Shown here in pieces: positions 47,361-62,100 of a stretch of 64,000 nucleotides of DNA. Positions within the stretch are counted from its first letter, which is position 1; each line of letters starts with the position of its first letter. The notes under the pieces are model-generated. The model made no database searches, was not told the origin of the DNA, and saw only the letters and a program-made list of their open reading frames with translations. Origin of the DNA: Rebecca billardiae RCC1528 (taxonomy: Eukaryota > Protista > Haptophyta); NCBI GenBank assembly GCA_965240325.2, contig OZ251229.1, forward strand, positions 1,798,001-1,862,000, written 5' to 3'. A program made the translations under genes and the position numbers.

Positions 47361-47559
47361 TATATATATATATATATATATATATTACAGTCACTGTACT
47401 AGTGTTAGCAGTGACGATGACTGAGCGGTCGTCTATGAATGCCTACAACCCCTTGATGATGTTGGGCCCGATCCCCTCGGAGATCGGTCGTCTTGGCAGG
47501 CTCAGCTGCGCCTGGCAGTAGTGGCACTTGCGTCGCATGGGCGCGCACTGCCCGCGGCC

Positions 47560-48180
47560 GCGGAGACGTGCTGAACGTGCCTATGAGCGAGGCGCTTGAC
47601 ATGGAAGGGCGCTGCGCGCTCTCTCGCGGCTGCTCAGCTATACACTTTGTCTGCGCGGGCGCCTCCACGGCCGAGCGCGCCCCCCAAGCACCTCCAGGGC
47701 TGCCGCGCGGGAAACTTGGCTGCTGCGCCGAGGCCAGCGCACAGTAAGGTGATCCGCCAACCTGCATCGCCCACGCCGGTCAGCGGCGTGGGCGCAGACT
47801 GCTCGGCGCGCCCGGCAATCTGCTCGGGTCAGCTGCTCGCACACCTTTCGGGCAAGGCGCGCGACGCGCACGGGCTGGTCGTCTGCGGCAGGAGATGGTG
47901 CGCGCGAAGTGTGAGTGAGCGCGCCATGTTGCGCTGCGGCGCTCAGAACGTGCGCGCGCGTACTTGTCACAGCCACGCGCGAGAGAGGGCTCGGGGGCGG
48001 GGAGAAAGAGTGTGGCATGTGGCTCCTCTCGCGAGCCATGAGCCACCACGCTCGTCAGCATCAAGTCAGACCTCTCGCGTGCGAGCATGCACAGGTGCGT
48101 TCGAACACTCGCGTTCGCGCGAGCGCGCGAGCGCGTGGCACCACAAGTTGGAGCGCGTGAGTCGCTGCACAGCGTAGCTG
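47560..48180. repeat. Diverged fragments related to the 56.6-58.7 kb foldback arms
   Basis: catggaagggcgctgcgcgctctctcgcggctgctcag (~47600) resembles catgggagggcgccgcgcgccttctcgcggctgcccag (~57965); gccacgcgcgagagagggctc is also shared. Confidence 0.55.
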
Positions 48181-48355
48181 CTGCGTAGCGCATCCACGGC
48201 GCGCAGTACTGTACGCGGTCTCGTGTGCCAGCGCCGTTCCAGGGCGGGGCCGCGCGCCAGTGGCGCCACCGAGAAAACGGTCTCCAGCAGAGACCGTCTT
48301 TGGCGGCTGGCGGCCAGAGACCGTCTCTGCAGCTGGGCCGGGCTCCCCAGAGCTA

Positions 48356-49509
48356 CAGGCTGGTCTCACCAAGAACTTCCCGAGGCTTTGAATTTTTTTT
48401 TTCAGTCCCACTGCGTCTGCGGAAAATTCTCGATGGCGCCATTAAATCGGCCGCATCGAGAGCTCTCCGACGAGGGGTCGCACGCCTCTGTCCGCCCCGC
48501 CGTTGTCGAGATTCAAACCCCCACCCCCCTGCAAAAAATGAACGGCGCGCGATCTCGGTCCGTGCGACCCCTAGTGGTGTTGTTCACACGGTTGCCCGTA
48601 CCCCAAGCCCCTCTCCTCATCCCCACCCTCGCTGTAGCACTGAAACATTGCGTCGTTGTTCTCGCCCGCAGAAGCCGCCGAGCGTTGCGGGTCAACGTGG
48701 GACCTGGCATGAGTGACAGGTGTCTTCATGTCCCACAGCGCGTCTCTTCCATGCTGTCGAGGTTGTGGGCCTCATCGCGCTCGTTGCAACGTCCTTCCTG
48801 CGCCTCCCCACCTGTATCAGTGCCTGACGATGTTGCTTGGAGCACACTCAACCCGCCTTGCCGCCGCACTGTTCAGGGCGGAACTCCTTCGCAATGTTGA
48901 AGCGTGCGGCTGCCCTTGACAGACGTACGTAGGCTCTCGCACCCCCCGCTTCCACTGCGACAGATTCGAATACCTGCTGCGAGTGAGCCAACTGCGACGA
49001 AGTGCAATGTGCTCGTCGTGTTCGTTCGGACTCGGAGCCGTTCGAGCGGCGCGCAAGTGACAAGTGCATCTGGCGAGGTCCCACCAACAGAGGCAGGGGC
49101 TTTGGCTGTAACCACAGCGATCATGGAACGGCTCTCGCGGGCGCAGTCATCAAGCAGTGCGCCATGCTCCGCCTCCGCGCGGGCCAGGTCCGCGCGTGGC
49201 CGACCTCGTGGTGATGGATGCCGCCTGGGCGTCCGAAGCGGCAGAAGCCTGCCGGACTGCGGAAACCCCGACGAAACCTCAGTTCAGCGCCACTTCAGAC
49301 TGCTCGGCCCACTGTGAAAACCACTGTGACGGCGCCTCCGCGGCGGAGCGCCGGGCACGAGGTGAGCGACGCGCGCGGCTCCGCGGACAATTTTGTCGGG
49401 GACTAGACCCACGATGCGAGCGATCGTACTCAGCCGATTCCCCGTGCTCGCCCGCCGCGAGCGCGGACACGTCGGCAGCGCTCGGGAAGTTCTTGGTGAG
49501 ACCAGCCTG
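48356..49509. mobile_element. Non-autonomous Tc1/mariner-type DNA transposon, 29-bp perfect TIRs, TA TSD
   Basis: TA|CAGGCTGGTCTCACCAAGAACTTCCCGAG ... CTCGGGAAGTTCTTGGTGAGACCAGCCTG|TA. Confidence 0.92.
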
Positions 49510-49651
49510 TATCTATTCGGTCTCCAGTGGCAGAGACCGACCCGACCGTCTGTAAAAACTGTGCCCTGGCGGGCGGGGGGGTCGGCGGGGCCGCCGTGCC
49601 AGTGCTATCGCAATATTTCCCCAGCGGGTTGGCGGCGTCTTTTTATATATA

Positions 49652-50245
49652 CAGGTGGATACGGGTCAACTGGACACCGGGGCTAACTGGACACTCAGCG
49701 GGCGGCGGGCCTCGTGGCGAGGGCTCGTGGGCGAACGAGCACGAGCGCCCACTGGCGGGTCGCCACGACGGCGCACGATGTTTGCTGAACTCACCTGGTC
49801 GTGGAACGTCGTCTGCGCACGCGCCAGGTCGCGCTTCTCGCCGCCTTCGCCTTGTTTCATGAGTCCCGCGCACAAGGCCGAACGCCAGCGTTTCAAGCCG
49901 CAAGGCGCGTGCGCGGACTCAGGAAGGGCGGACTCCGAGGCAAGGCGCGGTTGCGCTGGCGTGGGTAGGTCCCAGAGCAACCGTCCGAGCCGATGCACAC
50001 GCTTTTCCTCCGCGCGCGCGTCTCTGAGCTCGATTCCCATGCCTCAGCCAGTGCCAGGGGCTAATTGGACAGTGCCATTGCGGCCGCCACGCGCGGAGAC
50101 GGGCCCGCAGCGCAGAAAGCGCGCTGCGGCGGAACTCCAGGGACCCCCTGAAGTCCGTCCCTGGCGCCCCTTCGACCCCAATGCTCCGAGAGAGGCCTCC
50201 GCGTGAGTTGGGTCGGCCACTGTCCAGTTGACCCGTATCCACCTG
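49652..50245. mobile_element. MITE, Tc1/mariner/pogo-type, 25-bp perfect TIRs, TA TSD
   Basis: TA|CAGGTGGATACGGGTCAACTGGACA ... TGTCCAGTTGACCCGTATCCACCTG|TA; internal GGGGCTAA(C/T)TGGACA copies at 49678 and 50057. Confidence 0.92.
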
Positions 50246-50248
50246 TAT

Positions 50249-53676
<3,428 letters not shown>

Positions 53677-53729
53677 CGGTTTGACGGGCAGGATGACGAA
53701 TAACAATGCGACATACAGATGATGGTGAG

Positions 53730-54323
53730 CTACCTCACTGACGAATAATATAACGCGACAGATGACTCTGGTGAGAGCTCAGTGACAGTGTGATTGCGCG
53801 TATATTCGTGCACGTCCGCTCCGGGCACGATGGGCTCGGCGAAGGTCGCGTTGGCGTCGTTCACGGCCGCCACGCTGCGCAACAGCGCGTCCAGGTCCAA
53901 GCGCTCGTCGGCGCTCGCCGCTCCGCGCGACAGGTCCGGCACGCGCACGTTCGGCGGTATCAGGAGCTGTCGGTGGTGCGCGCGCGTGCAGTGCGAGAGC
54001 GTGTGCCACTCGCGATCGAGGGTGGGCACGCGCTGCTCGAGCAGGCACAGGAAGCGCAGCGCATGTGCCACTGGCTTCACGACGTCGGCCTCGTCTCGCA
54101 GCGCTCGTGCCATGGTGGAGGATGGGGCGACGATGTTGCACGCTCGGCGTTTCATCTCGTGGCGGATGCGCCTCTGGGATTGGTCATAGCGCGCTGCGAC
54201 GAGGGCCGCCGACTCGCCAAGACACGGTTCCTTCCACGGCTGCAAACCCGGGAGGTGCGTGCGGTGCGCGTCGTACGCCGCTTTGCGCTGCTCCTCCGTC
54301 GCATTGGCCACCGTCGACGCCAT
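53730..54323 (-). pseudogene. 3'-truncated ORF (MASTVANATEEQRK...), probably the gene of the element whose TIR ends at 55275
   Basis: Coding-like for about 175 aa, then runs into low-complexity DNA; it starts about 0.9 kb inside a TIR. Confidence 0.45.
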
Positions 54324-55221
54324 GCAGGCCGGACGTGGGCCCTCGAGCGCCGAGCGATCTTTGGCCGCGAGCTCGCGAGCGCGAAAGATGATCGCTCGCT
54401 CTGGAACACCACCGACCGTAGCAAACGGATTTGCATGCGCCCGACCTTGCCAACCGGGGCACGCGACAGTCTGGAAGTCCGGTGTGTGGATCCGGTTACG
54501 TATGGTGTTCAGAAGGCCGCGCCAAATCTTGGGTCGCGTGCGATGGCGCTTCCCGCCCGCGAGACGCCTCGTGAGGAGGGCCTTTCCGCACCGAACTCGA
54601 CGCGCGGCGGTGGATCGCGCGAGGTGGTTGTCGAGCGCAGCGCTTGATGCTATGGCCCGTGCGAGCGCTCGACGTGCAAGTCGGGCGAGGACCGCCCCAG
54701 GTCGCACGATCGTGTCGACGCGCCGAGCGTACCTCCAAACGCGTCGACTTTGGCCCCCGTTCGACCTGCACGCGAGACGACCAGGGCAGCAATCGCGAAT
54801 CGGGCGAAAAATCCCCTCGGGAGTCCTCTCACAATGTCCGCGCCGGCGTTGGATTTGGCGCGTGCCGCCCACGCGCTCCGCGCCATGGCCGGCACCTTTT
54901 TCGGCCGAGCGTCCGCAGTGGGAGCTGCGAGGGCGCCCGGTAGTGAGCGAAGCGATTTTCTTTTCTTGGCGAGGCGAGTTTATTTTCTTTTCCTTTTTCT
55001 TATCTTTTTCCCGGGCACTGTCGGCGCGCTGTCGCATCGGCGCCCAGTCGGCGAGTTCGGACGAGAACGTTTTGTGGACGACGGTGGGGCGAGGACGACG
55101 GGCGCTGGCGCGCCGCGAGGCGGCCGCAGCCCTCATCCAGGCCTCGCAGGCGGACGGCTGAACGAATTTTTCCGGCGGCGCTACCATCGGCGACGGCTTC
55201 ATGGGCGGTGACAGTTGGCGG

Positions 55222-55368
55222 GCGTCAATCTCGCCTGCCTGAGCTGTGTGCGTCTCTTATTCTTATAGTAAACTGTACAAGGGGCGGACCTACGGCCCGC
55301 CATACGTACAGTTCACTAAGAAATAAGAGACGCACACAGCTCAGGCAGGCGAGATACAGTTTACTATA
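55222..55368. repeat. Cluster of TIR copies forming a hairpin (55222-55275 inverted to 55309-55355, plus a stub at 55357-55368)
   Basis: ATCTCGCCTGCCTGAGCTGTGTGCGTCTCTTATT pairs with AATAAGAGACGCACACAGCTCAGGCAGGCGAGAT; ends read CTG|TA and TA|CAG. Confidence 0.85.
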
Positions 55369-55385
55369 TGATTTAACGTGCACAC

Positions 55386-56576
55386 TTATTGGTTAAGGCG
55401 TGAGTAACGCCATCCAACACTGCACAAAGACACCGCCACAAAACAGACCGGCGCAGGCAGGTGAGGGGCGCGTTGCCGCACCTCATCGAGGCGGCCATTG
55501 CAGCAAGCGGCCGCCCCGCGCTCGGAGGCACGCGCTCGAGAGCGCGCTCTGACACCACACGGGGAGGGTGCTGCACCTGGATGTTGTATCCCAGCCACCT
55601 CGAGAGTGCAGCCACGCCAAACACCTGCCTGCGCTGTGAGCGACGCCGCGTCGACTGATCGAGCCCCAGCCGAAGGGAAGAACTGGAAGATGAAGGGTGG
55701 GCAGGTCCACATGCCCGGCGTAAACTGCGCGCTGCTCGCCCGCGGAGGCAAGCAGCGCACCCCCGCCGCCTTCGCAAGCAGCGGGGGCGGGGGAAAGCGG
55801 CCCCTCTCGGTTGCCGCCAGCCCCTGGCTGCCCACCTACCCCGGTTGTGGCACAGAGCCTTTGCCTGCCTCGAACACATACACCTTGTGAGCAGGGCCAG
55901 GCGCGGCCCCACGCCCCATCGGGGCGAGTGGGCCCGCGAAGAGCGCGCCCACGACCTCGTCGGTCGTCGCCGACGCCGCGCCCGCATGCCCAGACGCCGC
56001 AGCCGGGGCGCCATCACCCTGAGGGCGATGGCCGCCCTCGGCCTCTTGGCTGTCCGAAGACATGCGGGACGGCCGCGACGACGGCTCCGACGATGCCGAA
56101 GGCGCAAGCTCGCGGAAGGGGCCAGAGTTGGGAAGCTGCGGCGTCGGGCCCGCACGCGCCTTGTCAGCACGATTGACCCGTCGCGTACCCGCAGCCGGCC
56201 TCAGCGAGCCGTCCGCGCGGTGCTTCTTCTTCCAACTCTTGGACCTCTTCGGAGCACCAGGCACACCAGAGACTGGCGTGGCTGCCCCCCCCTTGCGAGG
56301 CGGGACCGGCCCGCGGGCCGGTGCGCTGGGGGCGGGGCCGCGGCTCCTGTTCGGACGCCCAGCCCCGCCCTGTGGGGTCGCCGCACCGTCCACGTCCCCA
56401 GGGGAGTTGCCCGACACGAACACCTTGAGGCGCAGGTCACCGTTGCCAGTGACCCACGCATCCACGGTGAAGCTGCAGGCCGGGTCGATGCAGGCGCGCA
56501 CGTCGCGGACGAGTCGCGCCGTCTCGTCCACCACCGCGCGCGCCCGCGTCGACCCCTCCCCCGCCGGCCCGCGCAT
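55386..56576 (-). pseudogene. Interrupted ORF of unknown, probably mobile-element, origin
   Basis: Track ORFs 55836-56576 and 55386-55835 are in the same frame, separated by a single TAG. Confidence 0.4.
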
Positions 56577-56649
56577 CGCCTGGTCAGCGGCGGGGCGGCC
56601 ACACTTAACTCCATTGCGGAGGTGGTCACGAGGTGTGCTGATCTAAGGG

Positions 56650-58691
56650 GCCCTGACCGCTCGTCTCGGCAGGCTGCCCGTGGGCTCCGACGGGCGACGG
56701 CTCCGCTACTCGCGTGCGACGCTTTCCGCCAAGCGCGAGACCGGCCCGCCCACCCCGCGATGAAGCGCGCTGGTGCACGAGCTCGCGTGTTGAGCGCCAT
56801 GGACGCTCTACGTTGGGCAGCGCCTCGCTCGCTCGCGCCTGTGGTGCCGCGCAAGCACCCGCACGCGCATGCTCAAGAGCTGCCGCCCGACAGGGCACAT
56901 GCACGCACGCGAGAGCACTGCCCTGCTGCTGACGAGCGCAGTGGCTCGCATCTCGCAAGATGAGACGAATCCGATGTTTGCTTTCACCGCCTTGGAGCCC
57001 TCTCGCGCGTGGCCACCACAAGCACGCGCGTGCGCACGCACTGAGCAGCGCAGCGCAACACGGCGCGTGTGCTCTTCTCGCGCTGCCATCCATCTCCCGA
57101 CGCAGAGGGCTCGAGCCTGTGCGCGCGCCTTGCCCTGCGGATGTGCGTATGCTCGCTGAACAGATCCGTGGGGGCGTCGAGCAGTCGTCGGCGTGCAGGT
57201 TGGGGGAGCAGCTTGAGAGTTGGCCTTGCGCCGCTGCTGCAGAGCCTAATAAGTCTCCTGGGACGCAGCCCTGGCGGCGCTGGGGGCGCGCACAGCGCGC
57301 GCTCGTACGGCCGTGGATGCGGCCATGCAAGCCGAAGCCGCCTCTGGGCAGCCGCGAGAGAGCGCGCGGCGCCCTCCCATGCCGCGCGCCTCGCTCGCGC
57401 CACGTTCGCCTCGTCTCAGGCCAGCGCGTACGCGCACGCGTGCACGAGCGCCAGCTGTGCGCGCAGCCACCTGTCATCAGCTCGCGCGGGCGCGGGCCGC
57501 TGTGCGGTCGGCGGAGTCAGGCGAGCCGCCGGGTGAGGTTGAGATCTCGTTGGTGCTAAGCAGCTAAGCAAATGACCTCGTCTAGCATGAGCTCGCTCAC
57601 GCCCCGTGCGGAAGCTACGCCGTTCTCCTTTCGACGTGCATATCTGAGGTGTTCCAAGACTTGTGTGCGCTGGGCCGCCACACTGCAAGTAGCACAAGCT
57701 GCGTACGCATCGTCACATGACAGCACGGGCGCGGGGGCACGGGCGCGCGAGCGCGACGATGCGAGAAGCAGTTTACACGTCAAAGACATCTCAAACTCAT
57801 GCAATGGCTCACCCGGCGGCTCGCCTGACTCACGCCGACCGCACAGCGGCCCGCACCGGCGCGAGCTGATGACAGTTGGCTGCGCGCACGGCTGGCGCTC
57901 GCGCTTGCGTGCGCGTACGCACTGGCCTGAGACGAGGCGAACGTGGCGCGAGCGAGGCGCGCGGCATGGGAGGGCGCCGCGCGCCTTCTCGCGGCTGCCC
58001 AGAGGCGGCTTCGGCCTGCACGGCCGCATCCACGGCCGTACGAGCGCGCGCTGTGCGCGCCCCCAGCGCCGCCAGGGCTGCGTCCCAGGAGACTTAGGCT
58101 CTGCAGCAGCGGCGCAAGGCTAACTCTCAAGCTGCTCCCCCAACCTGCACGCCGACGACTGCTCGGCGCCCCCACGGATCTGTTCAGCGAGCATACGCAC
58201 ATCTGCAGGGCAAGGCGCGCGCACAGGCTCGAGCCCTCTGCGTCGGGAGATGGATGGCAGCGCGCGAAGAGCACACGCGTCGTGTTGCGCTGCGCTGCTC
58301 AGTGCGTGCGCACGCGCGTGCTTGTGGTGGCCACGCGCGAGAGGGCTCCAAGGCGGTGAAAGCAAACATCGGATTCGTCTCATCTTGCGAGATGCGAGCC
58401 ACCGCACTGGTCAGCATCAAGGCAGTGCTCTCGCGTGCGTACATCAGCTCTGCCGGGCGGCGGCTCTTGAGCATGCGCGCACGCGCGCGCGCGGCTCCAC
58501 AGGCGCGAGCGAGCGAGGCGCTGCCCAACGCAGAGCGTCCATGGCGCTCAACACGCGAGCTCGTGCACCAGCGCGCTTCAACGCGGGGTGGGCGGGCCGG
58601 TATCGTGCTTGGCGGAAAGCGTCGCACGCGAGTAGCGGAGCCGTCGCCCGTCGGAGCCCACGGGCAGCCTGCCGAGACGAGCGGTCAGGGC
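56650..58691. mobile_element. Long foldback / inverted duplication, ~900-bp arms (56650-57555 / 57781-58691), ~225-bp spacer
   Basis: The arms are reverse complements with scattered substitutions and small indels; mirror ORFs appear in the track. Confidence 0.88.
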
Positions 58692-59190
58692 AGCCGCCTT
58701 GGCCTGCCCTGGCCGCGCGCCGACCGCGGGCTAAATACGTAAGGGGGTCGCCAATGAGAGGGTAAAGTGTTGGTGTCGGCGGCAGTCCGAGTCATCCATG
58801 TTATCATATAATTAACGACGTGGTTACGAATAGATGACGCGATTAATTAAATAACGGACCCGAAACGTATCGAAACGTATCAAACACTATCCGGACACTA
58901 TATCCGGACGACCTGTAACACTATTTTAGGCCATCATTTTACTCAGTTAAGTATGATAGGTGCTTTGACCATATATATGGCTCCAGGTGATCAGGGTCCA
59001 CACCAAGGGGACTTCGAATATTGATCAAGGGCCGTTACGACCCTTGTTATCCATATCAAAACGCCGATCAGACCGGCGCCCGACGACGGAGCGGCCGAGG
59101 AGCCTCTAGCTCCTGGCCCCGAAAACTTGGTCACCCCAATAGCACACGCCGCATCTCTCGGCGCCGCGAGCACCGCGAGCAGCAGGCATC

Positions 59191-62100
59191 ATGCCTCTGG
59201 GTGCGGCCTCCGCAGTCGTCGCATGTTGGGCCATCGTCGGCGTGCTGAACGCCGCGCCGGGTGGTCACGCGTCCGGTTCGCATCGCAGGGTCCTCGCGGG
59301 CCCCACCGACGCCCCAACCGCATCCAAGACCAGCAGGTGCGCCGATGCGCGCGTGCGCAAAGCCCGTGCCGCGTGGTGCGTCGTCGCGATGCGCGCCCAC
59401 TGTCGTTACACGCGCCCCGCCCTTCCGCCGCCGGCGCGCAGCCTCCTCCATTCCGAGTGGGACGATGAGCCGCGGCACCGCCGTTACGCTCGCGGTTCTC
59501 ACCCGGCTGCCCCCATGGACGACCGCGTGGCCCGCGGGCGCGCGCTCAACACCAACTTCCCCGGCACGCCGGGCGACGACACGTACACCGGCGATGATGG
59601 GGGCGCAGGCAGCGGCACCGGCTCCACCGGCTCCTCCGCAATCAACATCATTGCCGGCCAAGCGGGCGACGACAACCTCTACGGGGGCAAGGCCGGCAAA
59701 GGCTCGAGCGGAGGCGTTGGCGGCTCGGTGGAAAACACGATCACAGGTGCGCGCCATGCTGCATGCGCGCCAAGCCCTTCTCCCCACCCGGGCGACGAGC
59801 GGCAGGCGCGCCGCTGACGCGCGCGCGCACGCCGCGCTCTGCCTGCGTTGCCGGCCTCCTGCGCAGGCGGCGCGGGCGCCGACTACATCTATGGTGGCAG
59901 AGCTAGCACTGGAACCATCGCTGGCGGGGTTGGCGGGTCGCTGACTGCGAGGCTCTACGGCGGCGATGATGGCGACGAGATCACTCTTGGGAGAGCTGGT
60001 GACGCCTCTAAGGGCGGGCAGGGCGGCTCGATCGACGCGTACATCTACGGCGAGAATGGCGACGACATCATCAACGTCATGGGCGCTGGCTATGCTTTCA
60101 ATCCGGGCTCAAGAAGCGGCTCTGTGACGGTGCTCGTCGACGGCGGCAACGGCGCCGACACGATCACGTTTGGACGCGATGCACCCTATACCCAGGGCTG
60201 GGCCGTATCGGGGGCGCAGGCGGGGACGTTGAACGCGCGCGCGTACGGCGGTGGTGGTGACGACACGATCACTTTTTTCGAGGCCGGATATTCTAATGGT
60301 GCTGGCGGAGCTGGCAGCAGCATCGAAGCTGTCGTCGACGGCGGTGCGGGTAACGACGTCATCACCGTCGGCTCTGCTGGCGAAGCAGAAGAGTACGCGA
60401 CTGGCGGCTCGGTGACAGTGTCCATCAACGGCGGTGACGGCGACGACACGATCTACCTGGGCAACGCCGGCGAATCCAACGCCGAGTTCGGGACGGGTGG
60501 AAACCTCACTGCCTACGTGTACGGCGGGCTGGGCAACGACATCTTGTTCGGTGGCAGCGGGGGCCGTGCTTACAGTCGCTCGTCTGGCAATGCCTACGCC
60601 GGCGCGGCGACCAACACGCTCCTGGGCGGTGCCGGCTCTGACAGCATCCAAGGGGGGGATGGCGGCATTGCCTACGATGACACGAGCGGAGTGCGCTCGG
60701 CGATCGCCCCACTGACATACAACCTCATGAAAGGTGCGCGCCTTGCACCCCTGCTCGCTGCTCCATGCCCTCCTCACTACTACTACACGGCCGTGCGCGC
60801 TGGTGCCAGCTGCCTGCGGCGTGCAGCCAGCCAGGGTTTGCCTCGGCTGGTGATTGTGCCTACTCCGCCGCGGTGCGCTGACTGGCGCCGGCGACCACGT
60901 GGCGTCGTCGTCACTGCCCCGCAGGTGGCGACGACAGCGACGTCATCTACGGTGGCGACGGCGGCAAGAAGTACAACCAAAGAGCATACGGCGGGGATGT
61001 AGTCAACAAGATCTACGGTGACGACGGTAACGACGTCATTCTTGGCGGTGATGATGTCGACAGTGATTCGTTGAACTACCTCTACGGTGCGCGCGCGCAT
61101 CCTCATGGAGGGTCGTCGGCGGTGGCGCGCGCGCAGCATGCGTGCCGAGCGCGCCTGACACTGACTGCGAGCCACCACCGTCCCATAATCATGTTGTGCT
61201 TCTAGGCGGACGCGGCGACGATCTCATCGAGGCTGGGAAGTCCAACAGCATCATCAAGGGCGGCCTGGGGGCCGACGACATCAGGGCTCAGCAGGGCTTC
61301 TACGACATCATCTACTACGACGACGACGACACTGTCTCTCACGATGTCGGCCTCGACAAGCTCATCAAGGTGTCCTCCAACTTCGCAGGCACGCCCAACG
61401 CAGACACGATCCTGGGCACCAGTGCGTACGACGGCGACGGCGTCACCGGCTCCTCCGCAACCAACAGCATCGCCGGACTGGGCGACGACGACATGCTCAC
61501 CGGCGGAAACGCAGGCGACGGCGAGAACGCCGGAGGCGTCGGCGGCTCGGTCACCAACGTGCTCTCAGGTGTGCGCCATGCGCGCCAAGCCCCGCTGCCC
61601 GCGCGGCGGGCGCGCAACTGACGCGCGCGCGCGAGTCACACTCGCTCGGGCCCTGCCGCCCTGCGCCGGCTGTCTGCGCAGGCGGCGCGGGCATCGACAC
61701 AATCTATGGCGGCAGCGCCGGCAGCGGAGCGAGCTCTGGGGTTGGCGGCGCGCTAACTGCGACGATCTCCGGCGGTGACGATGGTGACGTGATCACTGTC
61801 GGAGAGGCCGGAACTGGCAGTGACTCTGGAACGGGCGGCTCGGTGCAGGCGAGCGTCGCGGGCGATGCCGGCGCCGACACGATCACTGTCGGCGATGCCG
61901 GAACTGGCAGTGGCTCCGGAACTGGCGGCTCGGTGCAGGCGAGCGTTACGGGCGATGCCGGCGCCGACACGATCACTGTCGGCGATGCCGGATCCGGCAC
62001 GGATTCCGGAGCTGGTGGCAGCGTTAACGCGACCATCCACGGCGGTGAGGGTGACGACAACATCATCGTCGGCTCTGCTGGCCTCGGCGACCTTGACGGG

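Noticed and set aside
47361-47394. [11 protein letters not shown] start of the 595-aa ORF
   Set aside because: This is chance read-through of the TA tract at the retroelement's 5' truncation, not a true N-terminus.
55836-55838. Programmed stop readthrough or genetic-code reassignment at an in-frame TAG
   Set aside because: Intact genes in this window end in TAG (6631, 21336, 26870, 44679), so a nonsense mutation is the simpler explanation.
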